A DNA stretch of 64,000 bases from Amoebophrya sp. A120 (taxonomy: Eukaryota > Protista > Dinoflagellata). Where the stretch lies: positions 1,767,341-1,831,340 of the forward strand of contig CAJINV010000007.1 of NCBI GenBank assembly GCA_905178155.1, given 5' to 3'. Shown here in pieces: positions 16,480 through 27,799 of this stretch. The notes beneath the pieces are model-generated. The model worked only from the letters and a program-made list of their open reading frames with translations, ran no database searches and was not told the origin of the DNA. Within the stretch, counting starts at the first letter, position 1. Every line of letters begins with the position of its first letter. The translations under genes were made by a program, and so were the position numbers.

Positions 16480-17700
16480 GTGAGCGTGTTCCTGGAGCCG
16501 GGCCCGCGTTGGAGTGTGCTTGTGTGTGTTCTAATGTGTTTCAGTTCCACGCCGACGCCCTCCCTGGCCGGCCGAGGCGTGAGGCGGCCCACGCGCCGCC
16601 GGCTCCCACTTTCAGGGTATGCCTTGGAGACTTGCCGCCGCCGAAGACCATTGCAACGGATGTCGATTGGCGCAGCGAAAGCGTTAGCATTTGTCTCACT
16701 CCTGTCGTATACAGGACAAGCAGCTCGCTGATGCTTTCTCTAGCCTAGTAGTTGGGAAGCTAGTGGGCTCGTTTCCTCCGACAGCGGCGTCGCGTCAGGC
16801 GTTGGCCTTTGGCTTTGGAGGCCGGAGCGGAAGCGCTTGGCTGCCGCGGCGGATCATCACCGGGCCACTCTCTTGGTGCAGGGGCGCACAACAGAGAAGG
16901 ACAAGCACCAAGAGGACGCCCGCCGTTCGGTGCCGGAAGCAGTGCAGCCAGTGAGCCGGCGCGCGCCCGCTTTGCTTCGTTTTCGCGCAGCCAGCCCGGT
17001 CCCCCGGCCCTACTGCGCGCCGCATGTGGCGCCCCAGGGCCTGCCGAGCCGCCCGCGCGCGGGCGCGCTGCCTGGCCGCGGGTTTGCTTGGTTCCCCGCC
17101 ATCCGGATGGGGCGCCCGCCCCCGTGCACCCCCGCAATGACTTGGGGGTCGCGCCCCTCTTGCCGCGCGCCCGCACGTGCCCGATCGGCCGCGGCCTTGA
17201 TTCGGATAATTGCTTGGATTTGTGCATGAGGTTGTGGCCCCTTGGTATGGCAGCCCCCCACCCCCGGCGGGCTGGTAAATAATGTGGCCGGCCGCCGCCG
17301 GGCGCATGGGCGCGCGCGGCGGGGCTTGGGCGCGCGCCGTTATGGGCGCCTTCTATCTGTTTCATTTGCGCCCGTCCGCCGGTTGCAGCCGCCTGCCTGA
17401 CAGGCTGCCGCGGGCGTGCTCCGCCCTGCGGCAGTGGCGTAGAAACAAATTGATCTGCTTGTGCCTGCCGCGCTCGGCTACTTGTTGAATCAATTGAAGC
17501 GCCGCACCCATACATACTAGATACCCAGCCCACGCGGCCTAAGGGCCCCACTAATTTCCCGCGAGAATGTGCTATGTGTTCTCGAAGGATGGTTCTTCCT
17601 TGGTCATCGCCCGGCGTTGAGGTCTTTGGTCTTCGGGTATCTCTATTTGTTTCCCCTGGCAACCGCAGTTTTCGCAAGAGAGCCCCCCGTGAGCAGCATC
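16480..17700. other. GC-rich island, probably decayed repeat or transposon DNA
   Basis: Abrupt GC increase with GCGC/CCCC/GGGG runs and overlapping R/A/G/P-rich ORFs on both strands; no recognisable protein. Confidence 0.55.
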
Positions 17701-18083
17701 TTTGGGCTTTTTTATAAGTATAATTTTGTTTGCTAGTTTCATCTGCTCCTGCTGATGTTCCGCATCAGTCTTTGAGTTTGAACATATACTTGGTTGTCTC
17801 GTCGTGTCGTGTCTGCTGCCCTGTTCATCGATAAGCGGCAGAGCTGTTGATGATCATCGGCTTGCGCAGTACTTTATTTTCACGGCAGTGACATTTTCCA
17901 CAGTCACACCTAGAGTTAACAGATATCGCCGCACTTGGCGGGCGTGGTCGTGGCTGATGGATCGCGAGAGATGTGGGTTGTGCCGCGGGGGCAACAGCAA
18001 CACCTGTAAGATAATGCACTTAGAAGTGTGTAAGTTGTCCGCGCAATGGACCATGTGATCAACCTGCAGCCCCCCCTTCTAAT

Positions 18084-21000
18084 ATGACAATGATGACCAC
18101 CGAGCTGCAGGCGGCGCACGAGGAGGTGCGCCGCAAGGCGCAGTCCATCGCGGAGGTGCTTGCGTACGTGACCGAAATGAAACACCGCTACGAGCGGGCC
18201 ATCGATGCACGCGAGGTGGAGCTAAAAACGGAAATCGAATCCCTGGTGCGCCAGGAAAAGGCAGCGGTGTTGGACCGGGAAAAGGGTTTGCTGTTACCGT
18301 TGCTGCCACTATTACAAGAAAAAGTGTTTACGTTTACGGTTTTCCTTTTTTTGGAAAAAAATTTTTTTGTGGCTACTCAGCACTACCAATTTCGATTTTT
18401 TTTTTCTCGCAGCCGCGCAGCGATGCCCTTCGCCCTTTCGGGGCTCTGAATTAGTAAAATTGTCGGGAAGCAGCTCGCGCGCAAGATGCGAAAACTATGA
18501 AGCGCCGCCGTAATATTGCGCCCCTTTAGACCTTGAAAGAGCTGCCCAAGCCCTGTCCGGGCTCCAGGGCAATGGTGGCCGTAAGCAAGTGGCCCAGGGC
18601 CCCAGGCACTGGTGACGAGATCCGCCCCCGAAGGCGTCGTAACGATCGACACCGGAGAGGGACCTGTTTGGGTGAGGGGAAATGGATCATGGCATGCTGT
18701 CTAGAGATGACGTTTACGGTTTTTTAGGGTAGAGGAGAAATCCGAGGAAAAAAGCATCAATTTGGTACCATTTCGAGGCCAAAAATTGCAAATCCCAGAA
18801 AAACCGCAAACACCTTACCTAGACTGCGCGCTATGATCCATTTCCCTCCAGTCAAACTGGGGCAAGCACGCGAGCACACTTTTTGGACAGGGAAATCGAG
18901 CATAGCGTGCTGCCTAGAGAGCATGTTTACGGTTTTTGGGGTCGATTTCATACAAAGCAGCACGTTTTCGGAGGGATGGATCGATCATACCATCGTGGTT
19001 AGGTAACATGTTTACGGTTTTTTGGGTGCCGGCAAATTTTGGGCTTTTTGGTACCCAAAATTTGCCAATTTCCCACATCCTCAAAAATGCGACTTTTTCT
19101 CCAGTCATGGGGAAAATTTGGCTAGAAGTTCCAAAAGTTCCGAGATGGAAGTTAGGAAGGCCGCACAGCGATAAAGTGGTGGTGAGGCCATGCAGATGCC
19201 AGCTCTTAGACTCACAAGTCCGAGCCACAGCCACTCCTCGGGGCTGGACCGTCCTGACCCGGGTCCAATAGCCGACGTTGAGGGAAAGGCACAGCATCAG
19301 GTGGCTCCGGTGGGCGACATTCCGCGTCGCCATACCTTGCGCACTGGCTAGATCCAACCCAGTGAGCTACTGCAGAGTCCCGCAATAGCTAACAGAGTCA
19401 ACGAGCCAATTTGAATGTGTAAAAAATGCCCCCAATGCACAGCCAAAAAATTTTTAATCCAAAAAACGACAAACCGTAAACGTAAACACTTTTTCTTTCG
19501 ATAGCCACAAAAGTCCAGATGTGCGGCGGCGTTGGTGGAAATTGAAAAGTTGCTGCACAAGGTAAAAAGATTGGTTTGGTCGTTTAGTTTTAGGGCTTCG
19601 TGTGTTCATCTTGAAAGTGCTACCCCTGCTCATCAATGAATGTGTTTGTCATAGTTTTTCTCTATTCGTCGATAATTATCAGCGGCGAGAGAGCAATTCG
19701 TGAGGCCGCGGCAACTACAAACACCAACTGTTAGGTCCACGCCGCCGAAGCGGGCACTCCGTCTCTTCATCCCGCAGACAAGGCGCAACTCGCGGACGAA
19801 GTGAAAGCGACGCTAAAAGCAACCGAACCGACCCGACGGGGAACGGACCTGGCACAGCTCCCCGTCGACGACCTGGTGTCGCAGTGGGAAAAAATCCCGT
19901 CCTGGCGCGTTGTCGTTGCCCCGCCGGAACGGGAAGTAATCATGCCGACCTACTACAAGTCAAGGATGCTGCAGCAGCAGAGAAAGGGAACCCAGCAACT
20001 CTACCAGCGGCCGCTTTCTTCGAAAGCGCGGAAGCACAAAAGAGACCCGAATGTTGACGGCAGGGCGGCTTACTCGGAGCAAGGCGGCGCGTGGGTGTAT
20101 GAAGACTTGCTGCACGCGCAAAAGCAGGATGAGAGGGGAAACGCAAATGAGGTTTTTGACCATGAGTTTGAGTCTGGTTCTGCACAGCTCCTTCACGGCG
20201 ATCCGTACGAAGGGACAAGTGCGGGCCTGCTACATACAAGCTTGACAGCGAAACGCCCGGCGCATGCTGGTGGTGGCAAATCATCCTCGAAGAAGCAGGT
20301 GCGGGGGCAGGAGCACTACGAAGTAGGCCCCAGCGATAGTACAATATCGCGACCCCAGCCCGACAGATCAGGAAGAAGTGGCGCAGCACCATCCTCTTCA
20401 CATCAGCAGTACACGAGTATGGAGCACCAGGTACATGATCACCGATTTCAGCCGCCCACTCGGCGTGGAGGTGGTGAATCCAGTGGGCGTGCGCTTTCTT
20501 CTTCCGCTAGATTTGTATCCGAGGGGGCACAGCGACAGCACGAGCACCAACATTCTCAAGGACCAGGCGGTGTTCCAAAGGCGCGCAGCGCGTGGGAAAG
20601 AACATCAGAGGCAAGAAGCAGGCCGAATAAGCACAACAAATACAGCAGCAACATCAGCGCCAGCGGAAAGTACCCCGGACTTGCTGCTCAGCATCCACTT
20701 CCGGGCAAATCCCTACACGACCAGCAACTTCTTTTGCGCGACCAATCGATCTCCAGCTTGCGACCGCAGAGTTCCAAAGCGCGGAAACACAAGCGGGTGT
20801 TTCTGCGTCCGGCGGAAGTGGAGGAGGATCAATTTGTGTTTTACGACAATGCCGTGGAGGAGGATCAGTTTCGGGGGAGGAATTTACTGGTCAGCAGGAC
20901 CGGACCGTTGGAGCTCGCGGACATCGACATCAGTGACGATGAGAGTGACGACGAGGATGGGTCGGTATTGTCGGGGGGAAAGGAAGATTTCCTGGTGAAA

Positions 21001-23480
21001 GGTATAGAGTTTGTGTTTGATACTTCGCTTCTGATTAATATACCGATAGCAGAGCAGCTGTGTAGTACAAGAAGAAGAACGATGATTGATGCGGATGCGG
21101 GAGTTGTCACATCTCGCCTGCGCGAAAATTTCCGAGAGTCAGCCATGTGGAGTGGGAAAAGTAGTAACACTAACCAGGGAAAATATAATTATGAACAGGT
21201 GGCTCCAATGTTCCCGTGCTTGCTCCGCCATCCGAAGACGATGCGAGTGTGGATCCAGGCAGAACAGATTTTCCTAGTGGTAGGGGCGCAGGCGCTCCTG
21301 CAGACGCAGTACTAAAGCAGCGCACCGTTTCGAGTGTAGTACCACCTTCACAAGACGCAACGCCTTTAGCCGCGCCCGCAACAGACACTGTCGCGGAAAG
21401 CTATGCACGGGAGTCGGAGAGGAAAGTTCGAGAGTTCTTTCTGAACAAACAGCAGGAAAAGAAGTCAAGGGGCCCGGAAAGTAGAGCGGATGGTGGCGGT
21501 GAGCATGACAAAACTGCTCCGATTTCGTCTTCCAGTAGCAATGCTGACGCGGACTTTGTCCACGTCTCTGCAGTTGAGGAGGAGGGCGGTGGGGGCGGAC
21601 GCGACGAGAAAGTAGACTCAGACCTCGCACCAGAGCAAAACACGTTTGTCAGCGCGACCTCTCCGACAGCGAACGCGTCGGAGCAAGCAGCGAAGACATC
21701 AGCTGTGCCTCCAGAACCTCCCGAAACTACCTCGAAACAAAACTACGAACGCGCGTCATCATCTTTTTGGAAAACTACAGCTGATCAGGATGAAACCGAT
21801 GACCCGGCGCCCGCGGAGAAGATTCGAAAGCGGAAAAGCCCTCGCAGATCGCCACACCGTGCGCATGACAAGGCCGCCACCAAGGAAGATGCTAGTAGGG
21901 AAAAACCTGAAACCAGACAAAACATTGAGCGTCTCGATTTTTCCTACAACGAAGACCTTGACTATTCCGCGCCGGACAAGGTTGAGAGCTTACTCGCGGA
22001 AGTGGATTCCGCGCTGCAGCAGAGCAACGCCAATGCGTCCTTTATCTCCGCCGTGTCGATGAAATTTTCCCCGAAAAGGCGGAATCAGAGTGCGGAAGAT
22101 TTCCGTGCGTCCGCGGAGGACATCATTGCGCAGATACGGGCTGGTATAGACCTGTTCTTTTGTTCGGATGCTAGTCATTAGTATTGAGACGAGTGAATGT
22201 GAAATAATGACCACGCTTCTCATAACTAGACGCGCGTAGAATTATGGTGAAAATTAAAATTTATGTTGCAGATGATGTATCAGTATTACCCTTCACTTTC
22301 ACAACAACTTCTCAAAACTTCAGGCCATAACCCGTCCGACGGTCAAGCACAAGATCCGGGCCACCTCCCCCCGGCGGAGCAAGTAGATCGTCAGCAGTCC
22401 AAGGACGACGATTTCATTATCTATGACGACGAGGACGATTCTTCTGAGGGCGTGGACCAACAGGACGTGGAAATCAGAAACCACCTCGAAGAGTACTACC
22501 AACGGCACCCGGGCCGGAGAAGACCGACCACGTCGAGAACGCCGGTGACTGGTACAACTTCTGGGAGTGGAGTGGTTATGTCGGCGCCGGCCACCGCGCA
22601 CCCGGAGTCAAGGGCTGTGAAGGAAAAAGATTTATTGGCTTCTGGTGGAACAAGCTACCTTGTTGAAGATTCGCGAGGACGAGGAGGTGGTGGAGCGCGT
22701 AAGTACCAACACCAAGTCGTAGAGCCTGCTGCGACCACCTCTCGCACTGCTCCTCTGGGTCAACAGCATTTGTTCTATCCCAGCGCCACGAACAGTTCTA
22801 CTGCCGCAGGTGCTGTCCATTCCGGACCCGGACGGTCCCAAGCGCAAGGCGTGTCCTCCTCTTCACCGCAGGCACAGCCCACTACTTCTGCAGCGAACCA
22901 TTCGACGACGCGGTACCAGGCCAAGCCCCTCGCTGGTCATTCGTACTTCGGAACCGCAAATACAACGAGCACAATGCCAGCGTCCTCCTCCACCACCAGC
23001 CCTCGACCGCTGCAGGTCCAATCCTCCTCAAGACCGGGGCCGGCAGCTTCTTCCTATGAGAACTCTCGGACTCTGCAAGCCGTCCCCGGCGAGCAGAATT
23101 TCGAAATCAAACCGACTTTCAACTGCTACGTGCCTGGGAAGGAGATGCCCGGGCTGCCGCCGGTCCTCCAGGTCGCCGTGAATCTGACGAAGAACAAGCA
23201 GAACAGTGTAGGCGAGGTGATTCAGGCGTTGAAGGAACAGCACTACGCGCTTTTGGCGTCCGGGACAAATTTAAATTCGGGCTGCAATGGTGGTGGTGGT
23301 AACTCGAGTTCGAAAAAGAAATCCTCCTCGTTGCAGCTTACGCTTTGCCTCCGAACCCACGAATCCGGCACGCCGATCTGGTTGTGCGATTCAGAAGTGG
23401 TGCAAGACGTTTTGCGCGAATGGAAGCCGGTGTCGGATCCTGGGGTGGATTGGCCGAGGCTTTACTTGCAGCCAATTTGA
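18084..23480 (+). CDS. Hypothetical low-complexity protein with an N-terminal coiled coil; exons ~18084-18309, 19509-19561, 19735-21001, 21199-22143, 22324-23480
   Basis: One introner and three phase-compatible GT-AG introns (19562-19734, 21002-21198, 22144-22323) link ORFs 18084, 19801, 21216 and 22263. Confidence 0.7.
18310..19503. mobile_element. Large introner (1194 bp) with ~63-bp TIRs; TSD GCCAC (18305-18309 / 19504-19508)
   Basis: TATTACAAGAAAAAGTGTTTACGTTTACGGTTTTCC.. vs TATCGAAAGAAAAAGTGTTTACGTTTACGGTTTGTC..; removal gives LPLLP-QKSRCAAALVEIEKLLHK in frame. Confidence 0.93.
18677..19027. repeat. Four ~50-bp internal repeats (three direct, one inverted) ending in GTTTACGGTTTT
   Basis: Copies at ~18677-18728, 18794-18846 (inverted), 18890-18941 and 18975-19027; consensus approximately GGGAAATSGATCATAGC..CTAG..TGTTTACGGTTTTT. 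Confidence 0.8.
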
Positions 23481-24529
23481 GTTCCTGGAGGAAAGATTGG
23501 GGCGGTCAGACTCTTTGACGTTACAATTCGTGACCGAGGATATTGATATCCCAGGCTCAGGCAAACATTGACTAACATTTAAACATAAACTTAAGCTAGT
23601 TTCGATGTCTTTTACGATTCACGCAGCACATGCAGCTTTGCTGCGTGCTTCTACGCGTTTGGTTTCTTTCTGAAAATAGTTCAGTGTTGTGGTTTCTTTT
23701 TCAAGATGAAGAGTGGAGTATCAATATCTCACAAAAAGAAAAAGGATCTACACCAGACCCAGAGGCGCGTCGCTTCCTACTACGTCGCGGCCTCTATCTG
23801 TTCTCAAAGCGAAATTATTTTTCATCGTGCGAAGTTTAAGTTTTGTATTGCTGTCACGTGTATTTGGAACTACAACTACCACGAGAGGCGTGTTGTCGCG
23901 TAGACTCACACGCGACGATAAAGACCAAGAAACTGAAACAGGTCCGGGAGGAGGAGCAACAGAGAGATGAGGATCACAGCTCAGTCAGAAGAAGCAGCGG
24001 AGGTCTACTCAAGTTACGCAACCGTAAGGAGATAAACCACCACGGAAGATCAAGCCATTGTATATGCTGAGGATAAAGAATAAGAATTGCGAAAGACCAC
24101 ACGAGATCTTTTGAGATATTTCGGCAAGCTCTGTCGATTGCTTATTTCAAGGGAAGAGCAAGAGCGGCGCAAAAGAGACATCAAACACCAGCAGAGCACG
24201 CAGCTCGAGCTTCTCCGACTCGTCCGGTTTCTGGTCCCCTGCATGAGAGCCCCCCTGTCCTGAGTTCTTGCAGGTTTTGTTTCGCGTCTGCGTGAGGCAG
24301 TCGAGGAGGAACTGGACGACTCTGGGCTAGTACCACCACGGGGCTGTTTCATCTAGCTGCTCTCGTTCTTCACGATCAGCTACTACAGTAGGCAGGGACC
24401 GTAGAGAGCAGTACACGAGCGCTCCTCCGGTGCATTCGACGACCGAGGAAGATCATTCAGTTTCGGCACCGCTCGGCTGACACTGTTGTAGCGTTACAGT
24501 TACTTACTTCCCGTTCGCGGACAGTCAAA

Positions 24530-25194
24530 ATGCAGAAGCAGGCGGTAGAAAACAGCTACGTGCTCGCGCCGGAGTACAAAAACAAATTTAGGCAACCAAC
24601 GGTCAAGGAGATACTGAAGGAGATTTTGAACGACAAGCTGCAAGGGGTCACCTACCACGCAGAAGGGTCAAATGTGCTGGCGAAGCAGGTATGATAAGGT
24701 CATGTGTGCTGTAGCATACATCACAGATTGCAGGTCCCGATTTTTTTACTAGCGTAGAGAAATAGCAGAGAAAGCTGTTCCTGTAGTGCTGATGAATTAT
24801 AGAAAACCAAACAATCCAACACCAGGTGGCAGACGAGATAAAAGAACGACTAAGAGACGAACAGCAGGCACAGCGATTGGATTCACGATACAAAATCGTT
24901 ACACAGGTAATTACACCACTCAAACACAAACCTATGGTTATGATTTGCATCCACGATAATGCAATGGCAATTCATGTTTATTTGTTGTGCTTTTGCTTCA
25001 TATCTTCTTCACACTTCTTCTTGGGACTTCAACAACCACATCACGAGGTATTTATCCTGGAGCAGCGAGGGCAGGGTGTGCGGATCGGCCACCGGGCTTT
25101 CTGGGATGAAGAGACGGACTCTTTCGCAACGGAGAGTTTTTCAAACGATCACATCTTCTGCGTCGCCACCGCCTACGGAATCTACTTTTACTAG
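24530..25194 (+). CDS. TCTEX1D2: Tctex1-domain dynein light chain (TCTEX1D2/Tctex2b-like); exons 24530-24688, 24826-24906, 25048-25194
   Basis: ENSYVLAP..KF..VKEILKEIL..L..Y, RYKIVTQVFILEQRGQGVRIGHRAFWDEETDSFA..F.NDHIFCVATAYGIYFY-stop matches the Tctex-1 family. Two phase-0 introns; the second has a GAG acceptor. Confidence 0.88.
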
Positions 25195-25509
25195 AGGAAG
25201 GACTGGCTGTGGTTGTACAGTACGAGCGCTCTCGATGTCTGCGGAAGGGGGAAGATAACTGCTCAGAAGTAGTCGCACGTGACTCGCATACTTCCGATAG
25301 GCTGTCGATCAAAAATGTGAACAATTCAATCATAAGCGTGGTTTTTATTGAAGACCATTGATCTGAGCTTTAAGTTTAAGTTTAACTAACTTCAAAGAAT
25401 TGTGCAGCTGCCAAAGTGCCAAACGATCAGAAAAAAATACGCAGAGAAAAAGCAGCTGCAGTGCGCATGCGTTTGCGTTTGCCATGAGTAGATATTTCAA
25501 TAAAAGGTC

Positions 25510-27720
25510 GGATGTCTAGTGGCGGCGACTGCGATGCTCTCCATTGTTTGGATGTTGTTCATGTTTCGCGGCGTGTTGCTATTTTTGTTGGCTCTTGCTA
25601 TAGATTATCACGCCCTGCGCCCGCCCCGTCATCTTTCTCCGCCTGGCAGGCGCGTGCGCGCAGGGGGAGCCGACACAGACGCGGACGGAGAACGCAGCCA
25701 CGCGGGCAAGACAGACACAGCCACGCGCCCGAGAGGCAGGGGCCAGCAAGCCGACGCAGACGCGCGCGCGCTGCCACCAAGGAGGGGGCGGGCGCGTCAG
25801 TTCGGCGCCCTCGGGGAAAAAAAAAACGCAGCGGCGCCGGAGCTTCAGAACGCGCGCGCGTGCCGTCTGTCTCTGTGGGTGCGGGCCAGCTGCGTAGTTC
25901 CGGAGCCATTGGACGCCCGCGCTTTCGCCCTGGCCTATTGCCGGCCGGTAGCCGCGCTACAGATTACGTCTGCCCCATCGGCGAGCTCTCTGCCGCCGCT
26001 AAGGCCGCGGCGAAGGATGCCCGCGCCAAGGGGCGCGGCGCTGCCTGGCCCTTCCCGCGGAAAAAGCGCGAGGAGTTGCGAAACACGCGCAGGCGGCCGG
26101 ATGTCGCCGCCCGCGAAGCAGAGGCCGCCGGTCGGGTGGAGAGGTGCGCTGGCCGCCTACCGTGTGGGGGCCCTTCCTCCCTGTCCTTGCCGCGGGCGGT
26201 TTTGTGGTTGGGCCGGAGGAAGCGGCCGGGGGGGCGGCCATAGATATTGGGCCAGTTTGCCCAAATCAAAATAAGGCTCACTCTAGTCCCGATCTGTAAT
26301 CGAAGTCATAGTGTGAAGATCGCGTGCGATGTCTGTGGTCCGATTTAGAGCAAATTTCTGAACAGTTTGAGCGGGAATCTTTACCCCCTTACAGGCTGGG
26401 GCGCTAGTACCGCTAGCGATTGACTGCAAAACGAGACGCCCGCGGAGAGAAGTGGCCCGCTATGAATTGCGAAAGCGCCGCGCGCGGGAGGTCAGCTCCG
26501 ACACTCTGGCGCTGGACATTAAGGAGCTTGCTGGAGAAGGGGCGGGCTGCGAAGGCGGGGCGAGCGCGCCCCCATAAGCAGCCTGCGGCGGCTCCAGGCG
26601 CAAAGGGCATAGCGAGAATCTACCTGGTTCGGGGCGGGGTTCCGGTGGCGCCGTTGTTTTCTATGAAAGAAAGGAAGCGACGACCGGCAAAATCGGAGCG
26701 CTCTGCCGCGTCGTGGTGCTTGCCGCTTCCAGCCGAATGGCCCTTCCAGGGGCGCGGCGTGATCTACCCGCAACGCGCCCTGCATGTACATGGCCCAGCT
26801 GTGTGATGAGACGCAGAAACGGGAAGAGCCGACGGCCTTCGGTGGTCACTGTCCTGAGTAGGGGCGCCGCCTTCTTGGCCGGCCCCGCGGGGCTGCCTGC
26901 CTTTGGGAGGGGGGAAAGCCACCAAGGGCCCCACGGTGGGCCAGGCCACCCAGCACGCCCCGCGGCGCGGCAGGCGCAAAAACGTGCGCCAGTGGGGGGG
27001 GGGGGTGGGTGGCTTGCGGAATTTGGCGCGCCGGCCAATCTAGCAAGCTAGCTCGCTGCCCGCCGGGGGGGCGGGCAGCGCCTGCGCCACTGGTTGGCTT
27101 TTGGTCGGCAGGTTTGCGGCTTCCTGGGGTTGTGGCACGGCTTGCAGCTGCCCGCAGGGGGGCTTGGGCCATTTGTTGGCCCGCCATTGTGGCAGTTGTT
27201 GTTACAGGAGGTGTGTGCGTTTTGCTTTGGGGCGTGCAACCTGGGTCGCTGCCACCATGCCGCGCCAACAGGTAGGGCCCATTAGCGCGGCGCCGCCGAG
27301 CGGCCGGGCCGCGTCGGTCCGCGGCCGCCCCCCGGGCGTATTAATTGGCTTGCCAAGGATGCCAGCGCGCCGGGTCAACGCGGTCGCTTGCTAGCGCGCA
27401 TGGCATAGAGACATAGTTCCTTCAGCCGGTTGGTCGTGTGCGACGCCTCCTCGACTTATGGGTATGCACACCGCAGCGGCTCGCCTGGCTCCTGAGCTTG
27501 CGACCCCTTCTGGCATGAAGAGTGCTCGTTTTCTGTGGCAGGCGTGTTCTTACGAGGCAGCGTTGGCCGCTCTATTCCTGTGCCTGCCGTGCCGTTGCCG
27601 AGTGTCGTATGCGAGAAAGTTGGCTCTGCAGCAGGATCCTCAGACTTCCTCTCTGCTCCCTGGAGGTCACCACGGTCCTCGCGCGTTGATCTTAGTCTTA
27701 CTTTTCATTTTCCACGACTC
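25510..27720. other. GC-rich island, probably decayed repeat or transposon DNA
   Basis: Same composition as 16.5-17.7 kb and the interior of the 3.3-kb introner; spurious overlapping ORFs; no convincing ends found. Confidence 0.5.
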
Positions 27721-27799
27721 GACGCCTGCTTCATTAATTAGGTATAAGTTTGCTTTGTTCGATAAGTTGAATATTAGCTCAAGGAAAAACTACAAAAAG

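Noticed and set aside
16760-17677. 305-aa minus-strand ORF and neighbours
   Set aside because: Compositional artefact of the GC island; no domain recognised.
18677-19027. CRISPR-like reading of the spaced 50-bp repeats
   Set aside because: Copies are degenerate, one is inverted, spacing is irregular, the context is eukaryotic and there are no cas genes.
25493-27778. Possible TIR/TSD around the second GC island
   Set aside because: The best candidate ends had only a 3/5 TSD match and no extended complementarity.
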